The notes under the pieces are model-generated. The model was not told where the DNA came from. It saw only the letters and a list, made by a program, of their open reading frames with translations, and ran no database searches. A DNA stretch of 64,000 nt from Candidatus Microbacterium stercoravium. GTDB lineage: Bacteria > Actinomycetota > Actinomycetes > Actinomycetales > Microbacteriaceae. Both the position numbers and the translations under genes were made by a program. Below, in pieces: positions 41,910 to 50,478 of this stretch. The stretch's first letter is position 1. Every line of letters starts with the position of its first letter. The stretch lies in assembly GCA_019117025.1 (NCBI GenBank), contig DXAM01000140.1, positions 49,092-113,091 on the forward strand, given 5' to 3'.

Positions 41910-43961
41910 TCAGCGCCCGAGCGCGCCCCGGAGCTCGGCGGCGAGGTACGGGCCGAGCGTCGATGCGTAGGTCGCCGTGACATGGTGGGCGTCTCGGTAC
42001 ACGGCGACGCCGCCGATCACCGCGGGGCACGTGCCGTCGGCGCAGTAATAGGGCGTCAGGTCGAGCAGAGCCGCGTTCGGATCCTGTTCGACCGCGCGCT
42101 GCTTGCCGTCGTCGAGCAGCACCTCGCTCTGCGGCTTCGCGCAGCGCTCTGCGGCCGTGGGGGGATCCTCCGAGACGCAGGTCACGGGCGACTCTCCGAA
42201 GAACGGGTTGTCGAACAGCGCGAGCACCGGAATGGTCGTGTCCGGGCGGGAGGCCCACGCCGAGACCATGCCGGCGACCTGCGCGTCATCGGCGTCGGTC
42301 TCACCGCCGCGGCTCGCGACCACATAGGCGTCGACGTCGTCGGCGCTCTGCACGAACTCATCGACCGCGCCGCGCCACGCGGCGCAGGCCTCGGTCTGCT
42401 CATCCGTCGCGAGGTCGAGGTCCTCGTCGGTCCAATAGCAGCCCGCATGCCCGGCGACGTCGATGCGCCAGCCGAGCTCGTCGGCCGCCGCCTCGTACGC
42501 CGTGAGCATGGCGTTGTTGTGCGAGTCGCCGATGGCGACGATGCGCGTGTCGGCGTCCTCCGGCCCGAACGTGCACATGTTGAGGTCGGCGACCTCGGGA
42601 CCGGCCCAGCACTTCGGGATGTTCGCGTCGTCCTTCTCGATCTCGCTCAGCGCCGGAACGAGCGGCGCGGCATCGAGCTCAGGGTTGTCGCAGGGTGCGA
42701 GATCCGGATCGATGCCCTGCGCGCCGAAGCAGTCGGGCTGCTCCTCCACGAGCTGCTCCTGCGCCTCGAGAGTGCCCTGTTCGCTCGCCCGCAGTGCGGT
42801 CGTGGATGCGAGCGAGACGGCGAGCACGCAGGCCATGCCCGCGGCGCTCCAGATCGCGACGGTGCGCGGACGGCGGCCGGCGAGCAGCTTCGGCGACGTG
42901 CGCACGCGATCCTCGACGTATCGGGTCGAGAGCCAGGCGAGCGCGATGGATCCGGCGGCGATCAGCAGCTTGTGCACGGTCGTGAGCGGCACGCCGGTCG
43001 CGAACGGCACGATGACGATGAACGGCCAGTGCCACAGGTACACGGCGTACGAGACGCGGCCGAGCATCGAGATCGGCGTCAGACGGCCGAACGGCGCGAG
43101 CAGCGACGGCATGCCGCCCCAGATCGCGAGCACCGTGCCCATCACCGGCAGCAGCGCGGCGACGCCGGGGAAGGGCGTCTGACCCGTGTACAGCACGACC
43201 GCGAGCAGGATCATTCCGACGCCGAGCCCCGCGATGACGGTGCCCGGACGCGCGCGCGTGACCGCCGGGACGAAGGCGAGCAGCGCGCCGGCGCCGAACT
43301 CCCAGGCGCGCGTGAACGTCGAGAAATAGGCGGCGCTCGGCGCGAGCTCGACCTGCACGATGCTGAAGACGAACGAGGCGACGGTGGCCGCGGCGATCGC
43401 GATGAGCATCACCATGCGCCAGGGAAGCTTGCGGAACAGCCACATCGACAGCACCATCAGCAGCGGCAGCAGCACATAGAACTGCTCCTCCGCCGACAGC
43501 GTCCAGAAGTGCTGCACGGGGGAGGCGAGGTTATCGGCCGCCAGGTAGTCGACGCTGTCGAACAGCAGGTGCCAGTTCTGCACGTACAGCGCCGACGCCG
43601 TGACGTCGCCGAAGAACTGGGGCCACAGCGCGTTCGGCACGAACGCGAGTGTGGCGAGGCCGACGAGCACGAGCACGAGCAGCGACGCGGGGAGCAGACG
43701 CGCCGCGCGGCGCGCCCAGAACCTGCCGAGTGCGATGCGGCCGGTCTTGGCCCGTTCGCGGATGAGATGCGACGTGATCAGGTACCCGCTGATCACGAAG
43801 AACACATCGACGCCGACGAAGCCGCCCGTGAGGCGGTTCGGCCACAGGTGATAGAGCATGACGCTCATCACCGCGAGTGCGCGCAGCGCCTGGATGTCGG
43901 GGCGGAAGCCCCGCGTTGCGGCGCGCGCGTCGCGACGCGTGCGCACAGGTGTTGCGGTCAT
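41910..43961 (-). CDS. AT3-SGNH O-acyltransferase, copy 3 (divergent, convergent orientation)
   Basis: MTATPVRTRRDARAATRGFRPDIQALRALAVMSVMLYHLW start at ATG 43961, VDVFFVISGYLIT and IVAIGDSHNNAM. Its stop abuts the copy 2 stop (TGATCA). Confidence 0.85.
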   Translation of the reverse strand: MTATPVRTRRDARAATRGFRPDIQALRALAVMSVMLYHLWPNRLTGGFVGVDVFFVISGYLITSHLIRERAKTGRIALGRFWARRAARLLPASLLVLVLVGLATLAFVPNALWPQFFGDVTASALYVQNWHLLFDSVDYLAADNLASPVQHFWTLSAEEQFYVLLPLLMVLSMWLFRKLPWRMVMLIAIAAATVASFVFSIVQVELAPSAAYFSTFTRAWEFGAGALLAFVPAVTRARPGTVIAGLGVGMILLAVVLYTGQTPFPGVAALLPVMGTVLAIWGGMPSLLAPFGRLTPISMLGRVSYAVYLWHWPFIVIVPFATGVPLTTVHKLLIAAGSIALAWLSTRYVEDRVRTSPKLLAGRRPRTVAIWSAAGMACVLAVSLASTTALRASEQGTLEAQEQLVEEQPDCFGAQGIDPDLAPCDNPELDAAPLVPALSEIEKDDANIPKCWAGPEVADLNMCTFGPEDADTRIVAIGDSHNNAMLTAYEAAADELGWRIDVAGHAGCYWTDEDLDLATDEQTEACAAWRGAVDEFVQSADDVDAYVVASRGGETDADDAQVAGMVSAWASRPDTTIPVLALFDNPFFGESPVTCVSEDPPTAAERCAKPQSEVLLDDGKQRAVEQDPNAALLDLTPYYCADGTCPAVIGGVAVYRDAHHVTATYASTLGPYLAAELRGALGR

Positions 43962-43971
43962 GCGCTCCGGA

Positions 43972-45651
43972 TCACCGGGCGATGAGCCCGCGCAGCTTCC
44001 GGAGAGCGCGGGCGGGAACGCCGCCCAGCTTGCCGTTGATGCCGCGCACGACGCGCCCCGCGCGGCCGCCGGTTCGGGCGTTGAGGCCCCGCGCGACCAG
44101 GCGCGCGGCCGAGACGGACTCTTCGGCGCGCTCCGCACGCATCCGCATGTCGACGAGCTCGTCCTGCAGCTGTGCGACCCGCGGGTCGACGCGGACCACG
44201 CGCGCACCGAGGTCGTCGTTCTCGCGGATGTCCGTGATGTGAGCGGCCTCGCTCGCACGCCATTCGAAGCCGGCGATCTGCGCGACGACGTCTTCGAGGC
44301 TGCGCTCGTCGGTGACGTAGGGGCGTGCGCGTTCGACGACGGCCGAGTTCCAGACGGTGACGGCCTCGTCGTTGTCGTGGCCGGGCGTGAAGAAGCGGAT
44401 CGCGCCGATCCACGGCTTGTCCATCAGGACGTACATCTCCTGCAGGCTCTCGCTCGACAGCTCGACCGTGATCGGCATGTCGACGCGGAACGGCGCCGGG
44501 AACACGCTCTCGGGCTTCTCCTCGGCGAAGATCACGCGGTTGTCCGTGCGGAACCACTCCTTGACGAGGTAGAGCTCGTTCATGGGATCGGCGAGCATGC
44601 GGCGGCGCTCGTCGTGCAGCTCGGACCACGGGCCGACGAGCACGACGTGCACATCGGTCTGCGTGTTGTTCAGGATCCGGTCGATCGCGGGGCGCGCGTA
44701 GATCGCATTCTCGGCCGTCACCTCGGTGACGACCTTCAGCAGCGGCACCTCCCAGATGCGGTTGTCGGCCTTGCGGCGGTAGCGGGGGATCGCCATGCGC
44801 TGCGCGAAGTGCACGTCGTTGTGCCAGGCGACCTTGGCCGCGTGATCTTGGATCGTGCCGCGGCCCATGTGCCAGCCGACCGCGTCGTGCGCCGGGATGA
44901 ATACCGCGCCCGCTTGCCAGAGCTGGTAGGCGATCTCGGTGTCCTCGCCGAGGTGCAGCCGCGTGTCCTGGCCGAACGTGCGGTCGTAGACCGCGCGCGT
45001 GACGGTCGCGCAGGCGCCCATGTGCGTCGAGTAATTGCGGCCGTCCGACGTGTTGAGATCGTCGGTGTCGCGGTAGATCTGCTTCGACCAGTGCTCGTGC
45101 AGCTCGCTGCGGTCGTAGTCATCGCCGATCGTGCCGGCCTTGACCTTCTCGTAGACCTCTTCGGGAGTGTAGGTCCACTCCTCGATGAAGCCCTTCTCGC
45201 CGATCGTGGCCGCCTCGGGGATGAAGTGCCCCCACTTGGCGTGCTGGCGCACGTTGTCGCGGAACAGGATCATGTCGGAGTCGCACCAGTAGATGATGTC
45301 GCCCGTGGTGGCCTTGATGCCGATGTCGGTCGCATTCGAGCGGCCCCAGCCGTCCGACACCTCGTGGATGCGGATGACGCGCGTGTTCTTCGGCACGAAC
45401 TCCCCGAGCTCCACCGGCTCCTCGCCGCCGCCATCGTCGAGCACGACGACCTCGAGCAGGTCTTCAGGGTAGTCCTGGGCCGCGAGCGACGCGAGCGTGA
45501 ACTCGAGCGTCTTGCTCTTGAACGCCGGGATGATCACCGAAACGGAGAGGGTCGGCTCCCAGCCCTCGGGCAGCGTGCCGTCGAAGACATCCCGCCAGCG
45601 GTTGCGGGAGACAATCGTGGGCGTGGCAGTCTGAGAATCGGCGGCAGTCAC
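43972..45651 (-). CDS. Glycosyltransferase family 2 with large C-terminal extension
   Basis: SVSVIIPAFKSKTLEFTLASLAAQDYP, VVVLDDGG and YWCDSDM. The C-terminal roughly 250 aa, including a coiled-coil-like tail, is unassigned. GTG start. Confidence 0.8.
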   Translation of the reverse strand: MTAADSQTATPTIVSRNRWRDVFDGTLPEGWEPTLSVSVIIPAFKSKTLEFTLASLAAQDYPEDLLEVVVLDDGGGEEPVELGEFVPKNTRVIRIHEVSDGWGRSNATDIGIKATTGDIIYWCDSDMILFRDNVRQHAKWGHFIPEAATIGEKGFIEEWTYTPEEVYEKVKAGTIGDDYDRSELHEHWSKQIYRDTDDLNTSDGRNYSTHMGACATVTRAVYDRTFGQDTRLHLGEDTEIAYQLWQAGAVFIPAHDAVGWHMGRGTIQDHAAKVAWHNDVHFAQRMAIPRYRRKADNRIWEVPLLKVVTEVTAENAIYARPAIDRILNNTQTDVHVVLVGPWSELHDERRRMLADPMNELYLVKEWFRTDNRVIFAEEKPESVFPAPFRVDMPITVELSSESLQEMYVLMDKPWIGAIRFFTPGHDNDEAVTVWNSAVVERARPYVTDERSLEDVVAQIAGFEWRASEAAHITDIRENDDLGARVVRVDPRVAQLQDELVDMRMRAERAEESVSAARLVARGLNARTGGRAGRVVRGINGKLGGVPARALRKLRGLIAR

Positions 45652-45658
45652 GGTCGGC

Positions 45659-45664
45659 AGTCTA
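45659..45664 (-). promoter_or_regulatory. Putative -10 element for a leaderless GT2 (45651) transcript
   Basis: On the minus strand: TAGACT, 7 nt, then GTG 45651. Confidence 0.4.
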
Positions 45665-45767
45665 TCCAGCGCGATCTGACAGGGCTATGAGAACACTCAC
45701 CGCGCGCGGACGCTCAGCGATCGTTCAGGACCGACGCGTGGCTCCCGGGCAGACGGGCACCTCCCCA

Positions 45768-45773
45768 TAGACT
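45768..45773 (+). promoter_or_regulatory. Putative -10 element for a leaderless GT-B paralog B transcript
   Basis: TAGACT, 7 nt, then ATG 45781. Confidence 0.4.
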
Positions 45774-45780
45774 CGGGGCC

Positions 45781-46854
45781 ATGCCTGTCGAGCGACGCGT
45801 CTTCAACTTTCCGGGATGGCACGACAACCCGTACGTGCAGATCCTGCAGTCGGAGATCACCCGCCGCGGTTACGAACTCGCGGGCATTCCCGACTTCGAT
45901 CGGGCGATCGCCGAACTCACCTCGCCCGAGCGCCGCGGCGTGATCCACGTGCAGTGGACGAGCCCCGTGACCGAATGGGCGGTCAACGCGGTCGACGCTC
46001 GGCGCCGCACCGACCTGTTCCTCGATGCCCTGTTCAGTGCGAAGCAGTGGGGCCGAGCCATCGTGTGGACGCTCCACAACGTGCTCCCGCACGACACGCT
46101 GTATCCGAAGACGAATGCGTACCTGCACGCACGTCTCGCCGAGCTCGCCGACGCGATCCACGTGCTCTCGCCGCACACCGCGGAGCTCGCCGCGCCGGTG
46201 TACGCGCTCCCGGCCGAGAAGATCGTCGAGATCCCGCATTCGAGCTATGACGGCGTCTACGGCGACCCCGTCGAGCGCACGGCGGCGCGCGAGGCGATCG
46301 GCGTCGCGGGCACGGGGCCCGCCATCCTGTTCTTCGGATGGATCCGCCCATACAAGGGACTCGAGCACCTCGAGGCCGCGACGCGGATCGCGACCGAGGG
46401 CGGCGCCGCCCTCCAACTGCTGCTCGCCGGGCGCCCGCAGGGCGACGTCGCGGGGATCCTCGACGCGTTCGAGAACGGACCCGTGCCGCTGACGACGCAC
46501 CTGAAGCGCATCCTGCCGGAAGACGTCGCGACGTGGTTCGGCGCGGCGGACGTGCTCGTGCTGCCGTACCGCGCGATCCTCAACTCGGGCAACATGTTCC
46601 TCGCGGCGACCTATTCGCTGCCGATCATCCTGCCGGATGAGCCGCACCTCGTCGACGAGTTCGGCGACGAGGCCTGGATCCGGTTCTTCGACCGCTCCGA
46701 CCCGGACGCCTCGCTCGCGGCGCTGCTCGCCGATGACTGGTACCGGTCGCGCAGCGCGCGCTCCGCGGCACGGGCGTTCGCCGACGCGCGCCCGCCCTCG
46801 CGCATGTCCGCGCAGTACGCGGACCTCATCGAGCGCCTGGCTGGGCGCGAGTAA
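45781..46854 (+). CDS. GT-B fold glycosyltransferase (GT4-like), paralog B
   Basis: 357 aa, the same length as paralog A. IHVQWTSP, IVWTLHNVLPHD, GWIRPYKGLEHL and LPYRAILNSGNMFLAATY. Confidence 0.75.
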   Translation: MPVERRVFNFPGWHDNPYVQILQSEITRRGYELAGIPDFDRAIAELTSPERRGVIHVQWTSPVTEWAVNAVDARRRTDLFLDALFSAKQWGRAIVWTLHNVLPHDTLYPKTNAYLHARLAELADAIHVLSPHTAELAAPVYALPAEKIVEIPHSSYDGVYGDPVERTAAREAIGVAGTGPAILFFGWIRPYKGLEHLEAATRIATEGGAALQLLLAGRPQGDVAGILDAFENGPVPLTTHLKRILPEDVATWFGAADVLVLPYRAILNSGNMFLAATYSLPIILPDEPHLVDEFGDEAWIRFFDRSDPDASLAALLADDWYRSRSARSAARAFADARPPSRMSAQYADLIERLAGRE

Positions 46855-46911
46855 CAGCATCGGAGGGTAGCCTGTGGGCGCCCACGACCGCCTTGATCCA
46901 GGGAGAATCGG

Positions 46912-48693
46912 ATGCCCCGAGCCGATCGTCACACCCACGCCGACACCGACATCGTTCGGCTCGATTCGCCTGCCGCCGTGGCCGACCTCATCGGCATCGA
47001 GGCCGCGCCCGTCGACGTGCTGAAGATCGAACTCCCCGACGCCGACCTGCTGCGCGCGCTGGCGCTGCCGCGCGACCCCGGTCAGAAGACGAGCCGGCTC
47101 GAGGTCACCCTCACGCGCTGGGACGCGCCGTCGCCGCGCTGGCGCGGACGGCTCGGTCAGGTGCGCACTCTCACGAGCTTCGAGATGGATGTCGCCCGCC
47201 CCCAGGGCGGTGCGCGCGCCGTCGTCGCCGTCGACCGGCCGACGCCCGTGCACGAGATCGCGAACGCGCTGATCCCCGTGTTCCTGCCGAACACGCCGTA
47301 TGCGGGGGCCGGGTTCCCGCTCATCGCGCTCGCCGCGGGAGCGGGCGACGAGGCGCTGTCGCTGCTGCCGACGCGAACGGTGCCGCCGATCGAGCCCATG
47401 GTCGAGCGCCTGCAGGGCGTGGGGCTGAAGCGCGCCGACCTGCTGATCGGCGGTGCGCGCCGCCTCGCCGACGACCTCGCGACGCATCATCTCACCACTG
47501 ACGAGGCCGTGCACGGCTCGCCGCGCACCGAGCTGCCCGTGCTCGACCTCAACGTGCACAACCCGATCGGCCGCGAGCTGCTGTTCAAGAAGTCGCGTCC
47601 GGCCCGCCGCCTGGCGGTCTCTCAGAACCGCGCGCTCATCCTCACGGTCGAGGCCGATCGCGGAGCGGCGATCGAGTTCGACGTGCGCCGCCCGCTGTCG
47701 GCGGCGACCGTGCGCGAGCTGCGCGGCGTCGAGAGCATCTCGCTCGACGGCATAGGGGAGGTTCCCGAGGGGCTCGCCGCTCGATTCGCGGAGATCGCGG
47801 CGACCGACACGATCCTCCACTCGCTGCCGGAATCCGTCGCGATCGCCCCCGACGCTCTCGCGCCCGCGCTCGTCGACGTGATCCGCCGCCCGTATGAACA
47901 GCGGATGGGCCTCGAGCGCGAACTGCGCCAGGTCGAAGCGCGGCGCATCGCGATGCACGAGCATGCCGGATTCTTCCGCCTCGCCTCGGCGATCACCCAC
48001 AAGACGGGGGAGCGCTGCCTGCCGCGCGTCAGCGTGATCCTCTCGACGATGCGCAGCGAGCTCGTGCCGGGCGTCCTCCGGATGATGGCGGCGCAGACGT
48101 ACGCGCACTTCGAGGTCATCGTCGTCGTGCACGGGGTCCCCGCGCCGTCGCTCGACGGGGTCGACCTCGGCGGACTCGACTACACCGTCGTCGAAGTGCC
48201 CGACACGGTGCTGTTCGGCGGGGCGCTCGCCGAGGGCGTGCGGCGCTCGTCGGGCGATCTCATCACGAAGCTCGATGATGACGACTGGTACAGCGAGCAC
48301 CACATCTCGGATCTCGTGCTCGCGCACCTCTATTCGCGCGCGGATGTCGTGGGCAAGACGACCGAGTACCTCTATTTCGAAGAGGTCGGTCAGACCGTGC
48401 ACCGCACGTTCGCGACGGAGCGGTACCACGACCAGCTCGCGGGCGGTGCGATGCTGCTCTCGCGCTCCGCCTTCGACGCGCTGGGCGGCTGGCGCCCGAC
48501 CCCCAACTCCACGGATCGCTCGGTGCTGATCCGCGTCGAGACGCAGGGCGGTATCGGCTACCGGGTGCAGAGCCTCGGGTACATGTACATCAGGCACGCG
48601 TCGAAGCACACGTGGGAGCGCACGGCCTCGCAGCTCGTCGGCGGCGCCTTCGAACAGTGGCGCGGGTGGCGGTATCCCGAGGTCGGTTACTGA
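46912..48693 (+). CDS. Two-domain protein: about 370-aa unknown N-terminal region plus C-terminal glycosyltransferase family 2 domain
   Basis: The C-terminal part has VSVILSTMRSELVPGVLRMMAAQTY and KLDDDDWY. The N-terminal part has no motif I recognise. The start is uncertain, because GAGAAT lies only 3 nt before ATG 46912. Confidence 0.7.
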   Translation: MPRADRHTHADTDIVRLDSPAAVADLIGIEAAPVDVLKIELPDADLLRALALPRDPGQKTSRLEVTLTRWDAPSPRWRGRLGQVRTLTSFEMDVARPQGGARAVVAVDRPTPVHEIANALIPVFLPNTPYAGAGFPLIALAAGAGDEALSLLPTRTVPPIEPMVERLQGVGLKRADLLIGGARRLADDLATHHLTTDEAVHGSPRTELPVLDLNVHNPIGRELLFKKSRPARRLAVSQNRALILTVEADRGAAIEFDVRRPLSAATVRELRGVESISLDGIGEVPEGLAARFAEIAATDTILHSLPESVAIAPDALAPALVDVIRRPYEQRMGLERELRQVEARRIAMHEHAGFFRLASAITHKTGERCLPRVSVILSTMRSELVPGVLRMMAAQTYAHFEVIVVVHGVPAPSLDGVDLGGLDYTVVEVPDTVLFGGALAEGVRRSSGDLITKLDDDDWYSEHHISDLVLAHLYSRADVVGKTTEYLYFEEVGQTVHRTFATERYHDQLAGGAMLLSRSAFDALGGWRPTPNSTDRSVLIRVETQGGIGYRVQSLGYMYIRHASKHTWERTASQLVGGAFEQWRGWRYPEVGY

Positions 48694-48708
48694 CTTTCAG
48701 AGATCCTC

Positions 48709-48724
48709 TCGAATCTCTGTTCGA
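48709..48724. promoter_or_regulatory. LexA SOS box (actinobacterial Cheo-type)
   Basis: TCGAATCTCTGTTCGA matches consensus TCGAAC-N4-GTTCGA with one mismatch. It sits 17 nt upstream of the -10 hexamer, over the expected -35 position, in a locally AT-richer spacer. Confidence 0.6.
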
Positions 48725-48741
48725 ATGTCAGGGGGTCGTCA

Positions 48742-48747
48742 TAGCGT
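48742..48747 (+). promoter_or_regulatory. Putative -10 element for a leaderless HNH gene transcript
   Basis: TAGCGT, 6 nt, then ATG 48754. Confidence 0.4.
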
Positions 48748-48753
48748 GATGGC

Positions 48754-50253
48754 ATGACGAACGGCAGGACCGCACCCACGCTCGAGGGGCTCACCGCCTC
48801 AGAACGCGGTCGCGCCGGCCGGCTCGTCGAAGAGATCGCGCACCTCGAGGGCATGATCGCGCGCGCAGAGGGGCGCAAGGCGGCAGCTCTCGCCTCGCTC
48901 GCCGCGATCGCGCACTCAGAGGGCGCGCGTTCGGCGAATCCCGACGGCATCGAGCATGCCCGCCGGGCGATGGCCGCCGAAATCGCGGCGGCGACCCGCG
49001 CCCACCCCGCTCAGGCGAAGAACAGTCTCGAAGACGCGGAGCTGCTCGTGCACGACCTGCCGCGCGTGCACGCGGCGCTGCAGAGCGGCCGGGTGTCTGC
49101 GCGCCATGCGCGTGTCGTCTCCGATGCGGGGCGACGGTTGGATCCGCGTCTGCGCGCGGAGATCGACGCGCAGGCGGTGCAACTGGCCGCCTCGCGCACG
49201 CCCGGCGAGCTCGCGCGGGTGGTGAAGAAGCGCGCCGCGGAGGTCGCGAGCCTGTCGCTGCGCGAGCGGCACGAACGCGAGCGGCGTCGCCGCTTCGTCT
49301 CGCTCACCGATCTCGACGAGGCGATGAGCCGGCTGGTGCTGCACCTGCCGACGCTCGAGGCGCATGCGATCCATGACCGGGCCACGCAGCTGGCGCGCAT
49401 CGTGAGGTCCGACCGCGCCGCGGTGCGCGACGAGCTGCGCCGAGAATGCGGCCACGATGCCGCCGACGAATGCGAGCGGGCAGCATGCGCGTGCCGCGAC
49501 GCCGCGCCCGAGGTCATCGCCGCGGCCACCGATCGCCGTACGTTCGACCAGCTGCGCGTCGACATCATGACCGATGTGCTGCTGACCGCCGAGCCGTCCG
49601 GGCACGCGCTTCACGCGTCGGGCAGCGGCGAGGCGCTGAAACACGTGCGGGCGAGCGTGCAGGTCACGGTTCCCACGAGCATGATCCTCGATCCCGACGA
49701 CGGCACGGCATGGGTCGACGACGGGGCCCTCATCGCGCCGGGCGCCGCGCGGGAGCTCGCCGGTCGCGCCGCCGGGTGGGAACGGCTGTTCCACCGCGCA
49801 GACACGGGCGCGATCGAGCGGGTGGATCACTACCGTCCGTCGGTCGCGCAGCGTCGCGCGCTCATCGGACGCGACGTGACCTGCCGCTTCCCGGGGTGCA
49901 CCACACCGGCGCGCCGAGCCGATATCGACCACACCGTCGCCTTCGCGCAGGGCGGAGCGACGGCGCTCACGAACCTCGCGTGCCTGTGCGAGGCGCATCA
50001 CGTCATGAAGCACCGCTCCGACTGGCGCATGCGGCAGAAACCCGGCGGCGTCATCGAATGGACGAGCCCGACGGGGCGCAGGTATGAGCACGAGCCGGCG
50101 AGCAGGGTCTTCTTCCGGGACCCCTCCGGCAGCGCGCCCGGCATCGCCTCGGGCGATCGCGATGGGGCGGGCATCCGCGACCTGGGGCCGACGGCTGATC
50201 CGCCCTGGTCGTCGCCTCCCGACCCCGGGCCCCCGCCTCGGCGCACCGCCTGA
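48754..50253 (+). CDS. DUF222 / HNH endonuclease (REP13E12-like selfish nuclease family)
   Basis: N-terminal DUF222-type helical region (LVHDLPRVHAALQSGRVSARHARVV) and C-terminal HNH motif RFPGCTTPARRADIDHTVAFAQGGATALTNLACLCEAHHVMKH. Confidence 0.88.
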   Translation: MTNGRTAPTLEGLTASERGRAGRLVEEIAHLEGMIARAEGRKAAALASLAAIAHSEGARSANPDGIEHARRAMAAEIAAATRAHPAQAKNSLEDAELLVHDLPRVHAALQSGRVSARHARVVSDAGRRLDPRLRAEIDAQAVQLAASRTPGELARVVKKRAAEVASLSLRERHERERRRRFVSLTDLDEAMSRLVLHLPTLEAHAIHDRATQLARIVRSDRAAVRDELRRECGHDAADECERAACACRDAAPEVIAAATDRRTFDQLRVDIMTDVLLTAEPSGHALHASGSGEALKHVRASVQVTVPTSMILDPDDGTAWVDDGALIAPGAARELAGRAAGWERLFHRADTGAIERVDHYRPSVAQRRALIGRDVTCRFPGCTTPARRADIDHTVAFAQGGATALTNLACLCEAHHVMKHRSDWRMRQKPGGVIEWTSPTGRRYEHEPASRVFFRDPSGSAPGIASGDRDGAGIRDLGPTADPPWSSPPDPGPPPRRTA

Positions 50254-50478
50254 GCAGGCGGGTCTGGGCGGTGCGCGCGGCCGAGCCCGGGGTGCTCCCG
50301 CTCACGCGTGCCCGCATCCGCATGGCCACGCGCAGCCCTGGCCAGCACCGGCTCGACACGCCGCACTCCGCGTCGCTGTGCTCGCTCCAGCCTGTGCTCG
50401 GCCCGGCCCGTACAGCTGCACCCGCCGCCCCGCGTCAGACCCGCCGACCCGCGCCAGGCTCGCCGCGCCCGCGCCGCG

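Noticed and set aside
39687-48609. Antisense giants 39687-41822(-), 41982-43985(+), 43858-45690(+) and 45697-48609(-, 970 aa)
   Set aside because: Each is the mirror of a well-supported acyltransferase or glycosyltransferase gene, and each has the typical high-GC shadow composition.
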